DNA of 64,000 nucleotides from Promethearchaeota archaeon (GTDB taxonomy: Archaea; Asgardarchaeota; Lokiarchaeia; Sigyniarchaeales; SOKP01): contig JAHPZA010000003.1 of assembly GCA_019058445.1 (NCBI GenBank), forward strand, positions 484,919 to 548,918, read 5' to 3'. The notes under the pieces were generated by a model. That model saw only the letters and a program-made list of their open reading frames with translations, ran no database searches and was not told the origin of the DNA. Positions 41,386-50,830 of this stretch are shown here, piece after piece; the first letter of the stretch is position 1, and each line of letters begins with the position of its first letter. Position numbers and translations under genes: made by a program.

Positions 41386-42039
41386 ATGAATATGTCTCAA
41401 GAGAACATATATAGAGAAATTTCCGCAGCAATAGTAGAGTTAAATAAAGAAAAAGCTATACAAATGGCAAATAAAGCCATAGATGAAAGGATGAATATAT
41501 TAGATGTGATTGAGAATGGTTTTGCAGAAGGTATTCGACGAGTCGGAGAGTTATGGGATGAGGGGGAATTTTTTTTACCAGAATTAATGATGGGTGCTAA
41601 AATTATGCAAGAATGTTTAGAACTTCTTATGCCCCATTTAGAGAGAGGAGTAGAAAGAAAAACACTAGGAAAAGTCGTCATAGCTACTATTGAGGGAGAT
41701 ATACATTCAATAGGGAAAACGATTGTAGCCACAATGTTAAGAGCTTATGGATTCGAAGTTTTTGATATAGGAGCAGATGTTCCAGTAGATAAAATTATAG
41801 ATACTGCCATTGAAAAAAATGCTGACGTAATTGGAATTTCAGCTCTACTTACAACAACCATGATCGGTCAAAAAAAAGTTATAGAAGTTTTAAAAGAAAA
41901 AGGAATCGCTGATAAATTTAAAGTGATTCTGGGGGGCGCACCAATAACAGGTGAATGGGTTAAAGAATGTTGTGCCGATGGCTACGCCGGAAACGCTGTG
42001 GAAGCCGTTAACCTAGTCAAATCCTTATTAAGTAAATAA
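41386..42039 (+). CDS. Methyltransferase cognate corrinoid protein (MttC/MtgC-like)
   Basis: FLPELMMGA cap, GDIHSIGK (DxHxxG), SALLTTT, GGAP. Confidence 0.93.
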   Translation: MNMSQENIYREISAAIVELNKEKAIQMANKAIDERMNILDVIENGFAEGIRRVGELWDEGEFFLPELMMGAKIMQECLELLMPHLERGVERKTLGKVVIATIEGDIHSIGKTIVATMLRAYGFEVFDIGADVPVDKIIDTAIEKNADVIGISALLTTTMIGQKKVIEVLKEKGIADKFKVILGGAPITGEWVKECCADGYAGNAVEAVNLVKSLLSK

Positions 42040-42080
42040 ATAGAAGTACAGAGGAGATAAAGCTGCTTTTTTATGATTGG

Positions 42081-42950
42081 TTGAATAACGAATCTAAGGT
42101 TATTTTATTCGATGGCGCAATGGGCACAGAAATCATTAAGCGAGGAATAGAGCCTGGTAAAATTCCAGATATTTTGAATATCGAACAGCCAAATCTTATT
42201 ACAGAGATACATAAAGCATATTTTAGTGCCGGATCAGACATATGCCAGACCTGTACTTTCGGATCTACACCATTAAACTTACAGCATTATAATTTAACTG
42301 AAAAATTTAAAGAAATTAATCAAAAAGCCTTAGACAATATTCTATTAGCCCGTCCTCCTGATCGAATAATCGCGGGAGATATTGGACCAACTGGAGAATT
42401 TAAACCTCCTGTAGGAAATGCGACACTAGAACAATGGTATCAGAGTTTTTATGAGCAATCGAAAATATTAGATAAGTATATTGATGTATGGCACATCGAA
42501 ACAATGTCCGATTTGGATGAAATGCTCACAGCTGTAAAAGCAATCAAAAGAATTTCTCAAAAACCAATTATGAGTTCAATGACTTATAGGAAAACAAAAA
42601 GGGGGTATTTTACTATTATGGGAGATTCCTTGGAAAAATGTATTAAATCATTAGAAATGAGTGAGGTAGATGTAATTGGAACAAATTGTACTATTGGATC
42701 AAAAGATATGATTGGTTTAATTGAAGAATCCGTGAAAATAACCAACAAACCACTTTTAGTAAAACCCAATGCTGGTCTCCCTAGGCTCGATACAGGTGAA
42801 AAAACATATTATGATCAATCGGTTGAGGAATTTGTTGAAGATATTTGTATAATGATTGATTTAGGGGTAAAAATAGTGGGAGGATGCTGTGGAACTTCGC
42901 CAGAGACAATTAGAGAAATCCGTAAGAGCATTGACTTATTATATTCTTGA
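42081..42950 (+). CDS. Stand-alone homocysteine S-methyltransferase domain (MetH N-terminal-like)
   Basis: TTG start; FDGAMGT, GDIGPTG, IETM, GTNC, PNAGLP and GGCCGT Zn ligands. Confidence 0.9.
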   Translation: MNNESKVILFDGAMGTEIIKRGIEPGKIPDILNIEQPNLITEIHKAYFSAGSDICQTCTFGSTPLNLQHYNLTEKFKEINQKALDNILLARPPDRIIAGDIGPTGEFKPPVGNATLEQWYQSFYEQSKILDKYIDVWHIETMSDLDEMLTAVKAIKRISQKPIMSSMTYRKTKRGYFTIMGDSLEKCIKSLEMSEVDVIGTNCTIGSKDMIGLIEESVKITNKPLLVKPNAGLPRLDTGEKTYYDQSVEEFVEDICIMIDLGVKIVGGCCGTSPETIREIRKSIDLLYS

Positions 42951-42991
42951 TTTTAAGTATTAAAAAGCTTATTGAACGAAGTAATTAAATC

Positions 42992-44467
42992 TTAAGCTTT
43001 AAATTTAAAATTTATTAATTCTTTTTCAGCTCTAGTAAGAATTTCATTTAATTTTTGTACGGTAGTCTCAGATAACTGTTCTGGTTGGTGAGATTCAAGT
43101 ATTTCAAGTGTTTTCTGATTTACCTTATCTCCATAAGGTTTTTTTCCTTTTTTTATCCACGATTCTGGATCTTCACGATTTAGAAATTTAGGACGCCATA
43201 ATTCTTGACGAAAGTGTTTCAAAGTATGTTCTTCAGAGAGAAAATCTCCACCTGGACCAACCTTTCGAATTACATCAATAGCCATCATTTCCTGATCGAT
43301 ATTAAAGCCGTTTATAAGCTTTTTTACATAACTTATAATCTCATTACACATAACTATTGAAGCGGGATTTCCCAACAGTCCTTGACCTAAATATCCAATA
43401 TCATGTATTAAATTGGCTCCATCAAGGGCAGATAACAATGTTCCGAATGCATGTTCCATAGCTGCCTGCTGATCAAGACAATGAGAATCAGAACCCGTTG
43501 TAGACCACATTGGAATATTATAATAGTGAAAGATATCTGCAAATGCAGAGTTTGTCAAACGAGTAGCAGGATCTCCATAAGAGAAAGTTGAGTATCTCAT
43601 ATCTAATGGAATTACTCCAAATCCTGAGATTATTGGAGCCCCCTTGTTCTTAAGTTGATGTAAAACAATCCCACTTAAAGCTTCAGCATTAGCTTGTACA
43701 ATTCCGCCGCCCAATGTAACTGGAATGCTTGCTCCAAGAATATCTCCTGGTGTATAGCATATTGGAATACTTTTCTCAGCACACAAAAATACCTTATTTA
43801 CTGCTCCATAAGAATGTGTCAAAGGAGCAGTTGGTTCAGAATAATGAATAAGAAAAGGCTTTTTTTTTAGATTTTCCTCTCCACCAGCTATAATTTCTGC
43901 CATTTCTATAATGTACGAAAGATCCTCTTTTCCAGCTGCAGTAAAGAATATAGGTTTAATGGAATTTTCCATCATCGCTTTTACACAATTAATATACATT
44001 AAATTAGACGGTACATCACTCGGTAAGCCAAAAGAAGCAATAAAATCTACATTCTCGCAATAATCCGAGACTTTAGCTGCATTAATTACGTCTTGTAATA
44101 GAGATAATCTTATTTCTTTAGTGTGTAAATCATATGTACGAATTAAGTCCGTTCCGGTCCCAAAATGGATATTCCTTCCCTCCAATTGCATTACCTTTTC
44201 TCCTTTTCTATTAAATATTGTAATTTGAGAAGGAGCACTGCGTAAACATTCTTCCACTAACCAATTAGGTATACGTACAATGTTATTATCTTCCACGATG
44301 CACTCGGAATTCTCTAATAATTTTAAACCTTGCTCGTGTGATATACGAACACCGATAGTTTCCAATATCTCCAAACTGGCTAGATGAATTTTTTTAATTT
44401 GGCTTTCTGTTAAAAGCTTAAAGTTTGGTTTACACTGTGTTTTGAAATTTTCAATCATCTTAATCAA
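42992..44467 (-). CDS. MttB-superfamily (non-pyrrolysine) methyltransferase
   Basis: IHLASLEILETIG, EPTAPL, NAEALSG, DMR, SDSHCLDQQAAME, IRKVGPGGDFL. Confidence 0.9.
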   Translation of the reverse strand: MIKMIENFKTQCKPNFKLLTESQIKKIHLASLEILETIGVRISHEQGLKLLENSECIVEDNNIVRIPNWLVEECLRSAPSQITIFNRKGEKVMQLEGRNIHFGTGTDLIRTYDLHTKEIRLSLLQDVINAAKVSDYCENVDFIASFGLPSDVPSNLMYINCVKAMMENSIKPIFFTAAGKEDLSYIIEMAEIIAGGEENLKKKPFLIHYSEPTAPLTHSYGAVNKVFLCAEKSIPICYTPGDILGASIPVTLGGGIVQANAEALSGIVLHQLKNKGAPIISGFGVIPLDMRYSTFSYGDPATRLTNSAFADIFHYYNIPMWSTTGSDSHCLDQQAAMEHAFGTLLSALDGANLIHDIGYLGQGLLGNPASIVMCNEIISYVKKLINGFNIDQEMMAIDVIRKVGPGGDFLSEEHTLKHFRQELWRPKFLNREDPESWIKKGKKPYGDKVNQKTLEILESHQPEQLSETTVQKLNEILTRAEKELINFKFKA

Positions 44468-44545
44468 ACCTCAGATTAGACTAATATAATAATTTTTAGT
44501 ATTAAAAACTTTTAAATAAATTCAAATCTAAATAATAATTCGATT

Positions 44546-45973
44546 ATGTTTGCAAAAGTCCTTACAAAACCACAAATTGATCAAATTCACCAGGCATCAC
44601 TTAGTATTCTAGAAAGAACTGGAGTGATAATTCCCCATGAAGAAATTTTAGCTAAGTTTGGTAAACACGGGGCAGTTGTAAATGCTAAGGAAAACCATGT
44701 AAAAATACCCTCTGAGTTAGTTATGGAACTCGTTTCAAAAGCGGGGAAAAACTTTACCCTTTATGGAAGAGATATTTCGAATAAAGCTGAATTCGGATCA
44801 GGTAAACGGAACTATAATACCACTGCTGGACAAGCTTTCTGGATCGATAATATCGGGGATAATCGAAGATACACATGTATGGATGATGTTACTACTGCCG
44901 TGAAGTTTAGCGATGCGCTAGATCAAATAACAATTCCAGGAGCAATGGCAGATCCACATGAAATACCAGTGGAGTGGAGATGCGTTGCTGTAGCAACGGA
45001 AGCCATTAAAAATACTTCAAAACCAATCATGTTTTGGTTCCATGATAGAGCTTCGGCAAAATATTTAATAGATTTGCTTATCGCATTAAGGGGAGACGAG
45101 AAAAAAGCTGAAACCTATCCTTTATTTTTTCCGTTTCTTGAACCTATAAGTCCTTTGAGCTTTCCCTTCAACGGTATAGACCTTTTATTCGAAACAGCAC
45201 GTTTAAATATTCCAGTTCCTATTGGTCCCATGGCACAGATGGGCTTATCTGCTCCATCAACATTAGCCGGAACCATGGCCCAAGAAAATGCTGAAGTATT
45301 AGCTGGGATATGTGTCACCCAACTTATACGTGAAGGGATGCCAATTTGTTATGGGGGTATATGCCATGCATTTGATATGAAAACCGTACAAATGATATTT
45401 TCAGGGCCGGAACAAGCAATTTTTAGCGTTGCGATGAGTCAGATGGGTAAATTTTATGGTTTTCCGGTATATATTAATGCGGGATTAACAGACTCGAAGA
45501 GTCCCGATGCTCAAGCAGGTTTGGAATGCGGATTAACCTTAGCAATGGGTGCTGCTGCCGGTGCTGATATCTTCGGACATATGGGGATATGTGGGATGGA
45601 TCAGGCAAGCTCTTTAGATTTTCTTATAATGCAATCTGAAATTATTTCATATGTAGAAAGTATGATGAGAACAATAAACTTCACAAAAGAAACTTTTGCT
45701 ATGGATTTAATCGATGAAACTGGACCTAAAGGCTCATTTTTACACAAACAACATACTCGTAAACATTTTAGGAAAGAACTATGGTTTCCTAGCTTGCTAG
45801 ATAGAAGAGATTATAAAGCATGGCGTGAAAAAGGAACTAAAACTATGGAGCAACGTTGTCGCGAGCGAAAAGATGAAATTATAGCAAACTATAAACCTAT
45901 GCAATTACCAAATGATATAGCACGCGAACTGGATGAGATTGTTAGGACCGCAAAGCAAAACTTAAAACAGTGA
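44546..45973 (+). CDS. MttB-superfamily (non-pyrrolysine) methyltransferase
   Basis: IHQASLSILERTG, EPISPL, APSTLAG, NAEVLAG, AGLTDSKSPDAQAGLE. Confidence 0.9.
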   Translation: MFAKVLTKPQIDQIHQASLSILERTGVIIPHEEILAKFGKHGAVVNAKENHVKIPSELVMELVSKAGKNFTLYGRDISNKAEFGSGKRNYNTTAGQAFWIDNIGDNRRYTCMDDVTTAVKFSDALDQITIPGAMADPHEIPVEWRCVAVATEAIKNTSKPIMFWFHDRASAKYLIDLLIALRGDEKKAETYPLFFPFLEPISPLSFPFNGIDLLFETARLNIPVPIGPMAQMGLSAPSTLAGTMAQENAEVLAGICVTQLIREGMPICYGGICHAFDMKTVQMIFSGPEQAIFSVAMSQMGKFYGFPVYINAGLTDSKSPDAQAGLECGLTLAMGAAAGADIFGHMGICGMDQASSLDFLIMQSEIISYVESMMRTINFTKETFAMDLIDETGPKGSFLHKQHTRKHFRKELWFPSLLDRRDYKAWREKGTKTMEQRCRERKDEIIANYKPMQLPNDIARELDEIVRTAKQNLKQ

Positions 45974-46043
45974 ATACAATTCAATGGCTTTATTCTTTTT
46001 CTTTTAGCATAAATATTAAATCCTTTTTAATATAAACTTACTC

Positions 46044-47420
46044 ATGTTCAAAAAGTTTGTTGGTCCTTCAAGATGGTTTAAGCTTGAAGAGATTTATGAT
46101 GAAACTACTCTTGAAACCCAGATTAATGAGGATAAAACTTTTGAAAGTAAGGTAAGAAAAGGCAAAAAAGTCCGCTTCATAGATCTAGTCTTTACAAGTC
46201 AAAATTGGCATGATTCAATATGGAAACATCGAGCCAGAATTTATATTCCTGAGAATTATCAAAAAGACGGTAATGTAGCTATTATTGGAGCTCATAAAGA
46301 TTTTTGTCCAGAAAAAAACTATATCGTGGGAGGAATTGATGGAGAAGATTTACCTCAATTCAATAGAGGTAAAATCCTAGGGCAAAACAATCAGCCAACA
46401 GAATTAAATACAGAAAGTGAATTCTGCGAGGGGACTGCCATTGATCTTGGTATACCGATAATGTTATTTAACACGCCAGGGGATATAATATTTGGACTAG
46501 ATGAATCTGATTTAATGGGTTACGGCTTAAAAAAGTTGGGAGAAACTTTCGACCTCACGTGGTTTCCATATCTTCCAATTGTAATTTCATATCTTCGAGC
46601 AATTACTCTTTTTCATTCTTTACCCGAAGTGAAAGCACAGCGAGCAGTTCTTTTCGGAAATTCAAAACGAGGTGTGTCAGTTAGTCTATCTACTGGTGTT
46701 GATCCGGACAGAGTTGCAGGTATATTATGTACCGGCGCTCATGGAGGGAATACTCTTCATATGATATTAATGAAGTTTGCGCAGTTGGGTCCTGATGTAG
46801 GTGGTCCCGCTATCGAAAGAGCAGGTCCTGGATTTTTACCAGCTGAGCGATTATTGGAAATCCTAAATTCCGCGGCAGGATTTTTCCTTCTTATGTCATT
46901 TGATCCCTACATTTGGAGGAAACAAATTAAAGCAGCATATATGATAGCCATTGGAACGAATGATGAATTCACGGGATTAGGAGCTCCCGATGGTATGATT
47001 AAAAATATGGAGGGTGACAAAGCACTCTTATATATAGATAATCTTCCTCACACGTGGACTTCACTTAAACATCTTTCTGCTTGGAGGATGCTTATCTCTC
47101 ATGCCTTTTATAATCGAGAGATTCCTCTCATTGAGGTCAATAAAAATGTCCAAAATTCGCACCTGTATGTCAACGCTAAAATAAACAATTTTAATGAAAT
47201 AAAAGGTGTGAAATTATTTTACTCATTTAATAAATCATCTGATTGGCGATTTTCCCAATGGGAATCTATTCCAATGAATTTTGAAGATGGTGAGTATAAA
47301 GCGGTACTTCAAGTAAGAAAGGATATGAAGCTAGCCTATTATGTAGAGTTAGAAAATTATCATGAAAAAGGAGGAATTGGTTATGTTAGTACACCAATTT
47401 CTTTTGAAGGATGGAATTAA
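46044..47420 (+). CDS. PqaA (PhoPQ-activated)-family alpha/beta hydrolase
   Basis: WKH...IYIP, GNSKRG nucleophile elbow, GTNDEF, NLPH. Confidence 0.7.
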   Translation: MFKKFVGPSRWFKLEEIYDETTLETQINEDKTFESKVRKGKKVRFIDLVFTSQNWHDSIWKHRARIYIPENYQKDGNVAIIGAHKDFCPEKNYIVGGIDGEDLPQFNRGKILGQNNQPTELNTESEFCEGTAIDLGIPIMLFNTPGDIIFGLDESDLMGYGLKKLGETFDLTWFPYLPIVISYLRAITLFHSLPEVKAQRAVLFGNSKRGVSVSLSTGVDPDRVAGILCTGAHGGNTLHMILMKFAQLGPDVGGPAIERAGPGFLPAERLLEILNSAAGFFLLMSFDPYIWRKQIKAAYMIAIGTNDEFTGLGAPDGMIKNMEGDKALLYIDNLPHTWTSLKHLSAWRMLISHAFYNREIPLIEVNKNVQNSHLYVNAKINNFNEIKGVKLFYSFNKSSDWRFSQWESIPMNFEDGEYKAVLQVRKDMKLAYYVELENYHEKGGIGYVSTPISFEGWN

Positions 47421-47424
47421 AGAT

Positions 47425-49389
47425 TTATAATGGGTTAATCGTTTCAAATAAATGAGTAAATTTAGATTTTTTTCTATAAAATACCGGTGGACTCCCAATG
47501 GAAGCTTCTATTTCATGCCATCCTTTTCCATATTCCTTATCAGACCATATGTGAATCCATTGATCTTCAGGAAGATATACTTTCCAAACAGTAATCTTAG
47601 GTTTAATAACAGGAGCCACAAGCAAATCTCTTCCCAATAAATATTGGTACTTTAATTTATGTAATTCGGGATCATTTCCATAATGGAGATAACAAGCCCG
47701 TATTGGTGAGATGCCTGTTTCTTGATATTCCTTTGAGAGTTCTTTCAAATATGGTTTCAAATGAACATGCATATTAACCATTTTGGCTAGGTGAGATAAA
47801 GTCTCCTGATCACCATCAAATTGCCAATTATTCTGAGGTCTATTACCCTCATGAGTACGCATTATCATTGAAAAGGCAGCCCATTCTGCTCCGCGTAGAA
47901 ACATCTCTTTTGTTCTTTTATATGGACCATATGTAGTGTATCCTCCAATATCATAACAGTAATAGCCTATTCCACATAATCCTACTGAAATACCACATGG
48001 AATGACCGTTGCTATTCCATTTATTTCATTCCAATCCTCAAGCTGATCCCCTGAAAAATAACACATTATATATTTAGACGCATGTGAAAATCCTGATCTA
48101 TTGAATACAAAAACATCGTGTAATTTTTGTTCCTCATCTAAAATTTCATACACGACTTTCGCAAATTCGACGGGATAATAATTATGATATTCTTCAACAC
48201 CCATATCTGAATGTATTATTATATCAGCATTTACTGGAAGGTATTCTCCATAATCATGCATCCAGCCTGAGAGTCCTATATCAAGCAAATTTTTTTTTAT
48301 TATAGTTTTGAACCATTCGAATGCATCTGGATTTGATATATCTAAGATGCAGGTTGGAAAGTCTGTGGTATATATAATTAAATCTTCGCCTTCTTTGTTT
48401 TTCACACAATACCCTTTTTTGGAAGCTTCCAAATACATGGGAGCGTCAATTGGCAAAAATTGGTTCATATACCCTAAGAACTTAATGTTCCTTTTATTTA
48501 AGGATTTTATAAACTCTGGCAAATCTGGATAACTTTTTTTTTCATATTCCCAATTCCAAAATAATTGCTGACCAAATGAGGTCATACGAATCCCTTGCCA
48601 ATCTTGACACCATGCTGCTATTACTTTAATCCCAGCATCAATTGCTTTATTGATTTTAGTCTCGACTATTTCATTTCCCCCTTGAATTCCCATGATAAGC
48701 CCATCATATACCCAGTCGGGCACTGGCGGTTGGCGACCAAAATAATCCGATAAATAACTTATTACAGAAATTGCTGTTTCAAATTTACCAATTATAATCT
48801 TCTTTGGCACTTCCCAAATAAGCAATTCATGGAATTTTTCGTTAATAAAATTAAATTCAGAATAATAGGTTGTTTCTACATGGCAGAAGTAGTTAGATTT
48901 TCCAGCTGAGATAAAAGTAGGAAATGGGAAATATGTATACTTTGTATGCCCAACGGGGGAGTGATCCTCAACCCATATAGGAATTTTATAGCCCCTCAAA
49001 TTTAATTCTGAAAATTGTGATCCGCAACCATAGATTGCCTCTTCAGATCCTGCTGAGAGTGACATCCAAAATCTATTAATAATCGGATCTTTAGCTGCTG
49101 GTATGATTTCTAAGTGATTATCCTTTATTCTACAAATGAGATTTAATATTTTATCCTTTCTTGAAAGATTAATTTTAATCTCATTATCAGTGGTATTAAT
49201 AATATTAAATTCATTAAGTTCAATCTTTTCTTCCACATTATCTTTTATCTTAAACTTATGATTTTTTAGTCTATAGAGAGCTTTTCCAATTCCAATTTTA
49301 AAGCAAGGCTTATTGGAACTGTGATGTAAAAAAAGATGACCTTTATAATATATCTTGAATTCATCCTTGGAATATTCAAGCTTTAACAT
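47425..49389 (-). CDS. GH31 sulfoquinovosidase (YihQ/SftG)-like alpha-glycosidase
   Basis: GIQGG, WCQDWQGIRMTSFGQQLFWNW, GWMHDYGE (nucleophile), GDQ..DW (acid/base), DIGGYTT and MRTHEGNRP, all YihQ-type motifs. Confidence 0.85.
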   Translation of the reverse strand: MLKLEYSKDEFKIYYKGHLFLHHSSNKPCFKIGIGKALYRLKNHKFKIKDNVEEKIELNEFNIINTTDNEIKINLSRKDKILNLICRIKDNHLEIIPAAKDPIINRFWMSLSAGSEEAIYGCGSQFSELNLRGYKIPIWVEDHSPVGHTKYTYFPFPTFISAGKSNYFCHVETTYYSEFNFINEKFHELLIWEVPKKIIIGKFETAISVISYLSDYFGRQPPVPDWVYDGLIMGIQGGNEIVETKINKAIDAGIKVIAAWCQDWQGIRMTSFGQQLFWNWEYEKKSYPDLPEFIKSLNKRNIKFLGYMNQFLPIDAPMYLEASKKGYCVKNKEGEDLIIYTTDFPTCILDISNPDAFEWFKTIIKKNLLDIGLSGWMHDYGEYLPVNADIIIHSDMGVEEYHNYYPVEFAKVVYEILDEEQKLHDVFVFNRSGFSHASKYIMCYFSGDQLEDWNEINGIATVIPCGISVGLCGIGYYCYDIGGYTTYGPYKRTKEMFLRGAEWAAFSMIMRTHEGNRPQNNWQFDGDQETLSHLAKMVNMHVHLKPYLKELSKEYQETGISPIRACYLHYGNDPELHKLKYQYLLGRDLLVAPVIKPKITVWKVYLPEDQWIHIWSDKEYGKGWHEIEASIGSPPVFYRKKSKFTHLFETINPL

Positions 49390-49412
49390 AATAAATTATA
49401 TAAATAAAACAA

Positions 49413-50732
49413 TTACTTAATTATTTTCCATCCTATAATTTTGGAAAACATCTCAAAAGGTTTTATGAAATCTCCATAGACAACTGAAATATGATGTGCA
49501 ATTCCATTGTGAATAATTTTATGTAATACATCTCTTATTTTTTCTTGAAATACGACTTTTGCATAAGTACCCTTTAATTCTTTTTCCATAAAAATAGCCT
49601 CTCCTTTTTGGACAAATATTCGATATTCGTCTGGAGGAGCATAATCGATTCTTAAAAGTGAAAGTTCTCCGGGTTTCATGACAAAATCTGCAGTCACTCC
49701 TTTTCCACCCGCAAAATAAGTATCTAAAGATCTGATACATTTACCATCCCACAAATTGCATGCTGCAACACCACAATGCCATAATAATCCATAATTTTCT
49801 TCAAAATTCACTTGTGAAAAATCAGCTAAAAACGGAGTTTCTGCTCCAATAGCTTTATGTGCTAACATAGATAAACTGCCTAGAATGTCTCCCTCACAAG
49901 TTAAGATTTTTCCTTCGGCTTGTAAAATAGACATCGCAGCACATGGAGATATTCCAAATTTTTGTGCAAATTCAGGCCAACATCGCACGGCTATAGAGTT
50001 TAGGTTATTCTCTTTCATAAATGTTTCAAATTTGATTACTAATTCAGCCACTTTTTCAACTTGACTAGTGTTTACTCCTGAAATGTCGAATATAGTTTCA
50101 ATTTGCGTTTTTCTTTCTGGAAGTTTATGATAATCAATGATTTGATTAAATACATCACTTAACTGATAATACTCAATTAAAATTCCTAAATGCTTGTATA
50201 AATCAAGCTCATCGACGTCTAGATTAAAAAATCCGTGAGCTCTGGAGCCTATTATCCCTACGTGAGAACTTGAAAATGCTTTGATTATCCTTATTGCATC
50301 TAACCAATCCTCGTCAATCTCATCCCCTATAACTACATGATAATTTCTTATACCTGCTTTATACAGATTAGACGCATTCAAGTTAATCCCACAGACTGAA
50401 TTGAGTCTAATTTTTCCACCATCATAGGGTAATTCATATAAACCCCACAATAGAATTGGTCGGTTGATAACTTTATTTAATTCTAAAATCAAATGCCCTA
50501 AAGCAAAAGTTCCGCTAATACAAATCAAGCCATCTATTTGCTTAGATGCTAAATGATGTGCTGCATTTTGTGCTTCTTCAATTTCGATGACTAACTCCGG
50601 GATAATTTCCCAATTTATATTTTCAATAGATTTAAGTTTCACTTGAATATCTTGATAAATCTCAAACGCCACCTCGAAATCGAATGTTTTTCTGGCAATG
50701 CACACTACTCCTATTCGAATTTCTTGCTTCAT
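49413..50732 (-). CDS. L-fucose-isomerase-fold aldose/ketose isomerase; SQ isomerase (SftI/SqvD)-like
   Basis: ARKTFD, GG.IRLNS, RCWPEF, CEGD, WHCG and HHIS motifs; sits between the SQase-like and transaldolase genes. Confidence 0.8.
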   Translation of the reverse strand: MKQEIRIGVVCIARKTFDFEVAFEIYQDIQVKLKSIENINWEIIPELVIEIEEAQNAAHHLASKQIDGLICISGTFALGHLILELNKVINRPILLWGLYELPYDGGKIRLNSVCGINLNASNLYKAGIRNYHVVIGDEIDEDWLDAIRIIKAFSSSHVGIIGSRAHGFFNLDVDELDLYKHLGILIEYYQLSDVFNQIIDYHKLPERKTQIETIFDISGVNTSQVEKVAELVIKFETFMKENNLNSIAVRCWPEFAQKFGISPCAAMSILQAEGKILTCEGDILGSLSMLAHKAIGAETPFLADFSQVNFEENYGLLWHCGVAACNLWDGKCIRSLDTYFAGGKGVTADFVMKPGELSLLRIDYAPPDEYRIFVQKGEAIFMEKELKGTYAKVVFQEKIRDVLHKIIHNGIAHHISVVYGDFIKPFEMFSKIIGWKIIK

Positions 50733-50830
50733 TAAATACCGACCTTTTCTAACTTATCTTAAAATTTTAATATATACACAGTATACTAAATAATTCCAAT
50801 TTCTCTTAAATTTTCAAACCAGATACCAGA

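Noticed and set aside
39914-45973. Pyrrolysine-dependent trimethylamine methyltransferases or methanogenesis
   Set aside because: ORFs are uninterrupted with no in-frame TAG, and no pyl, mcr or CoM methyltransferase genes are in the window.
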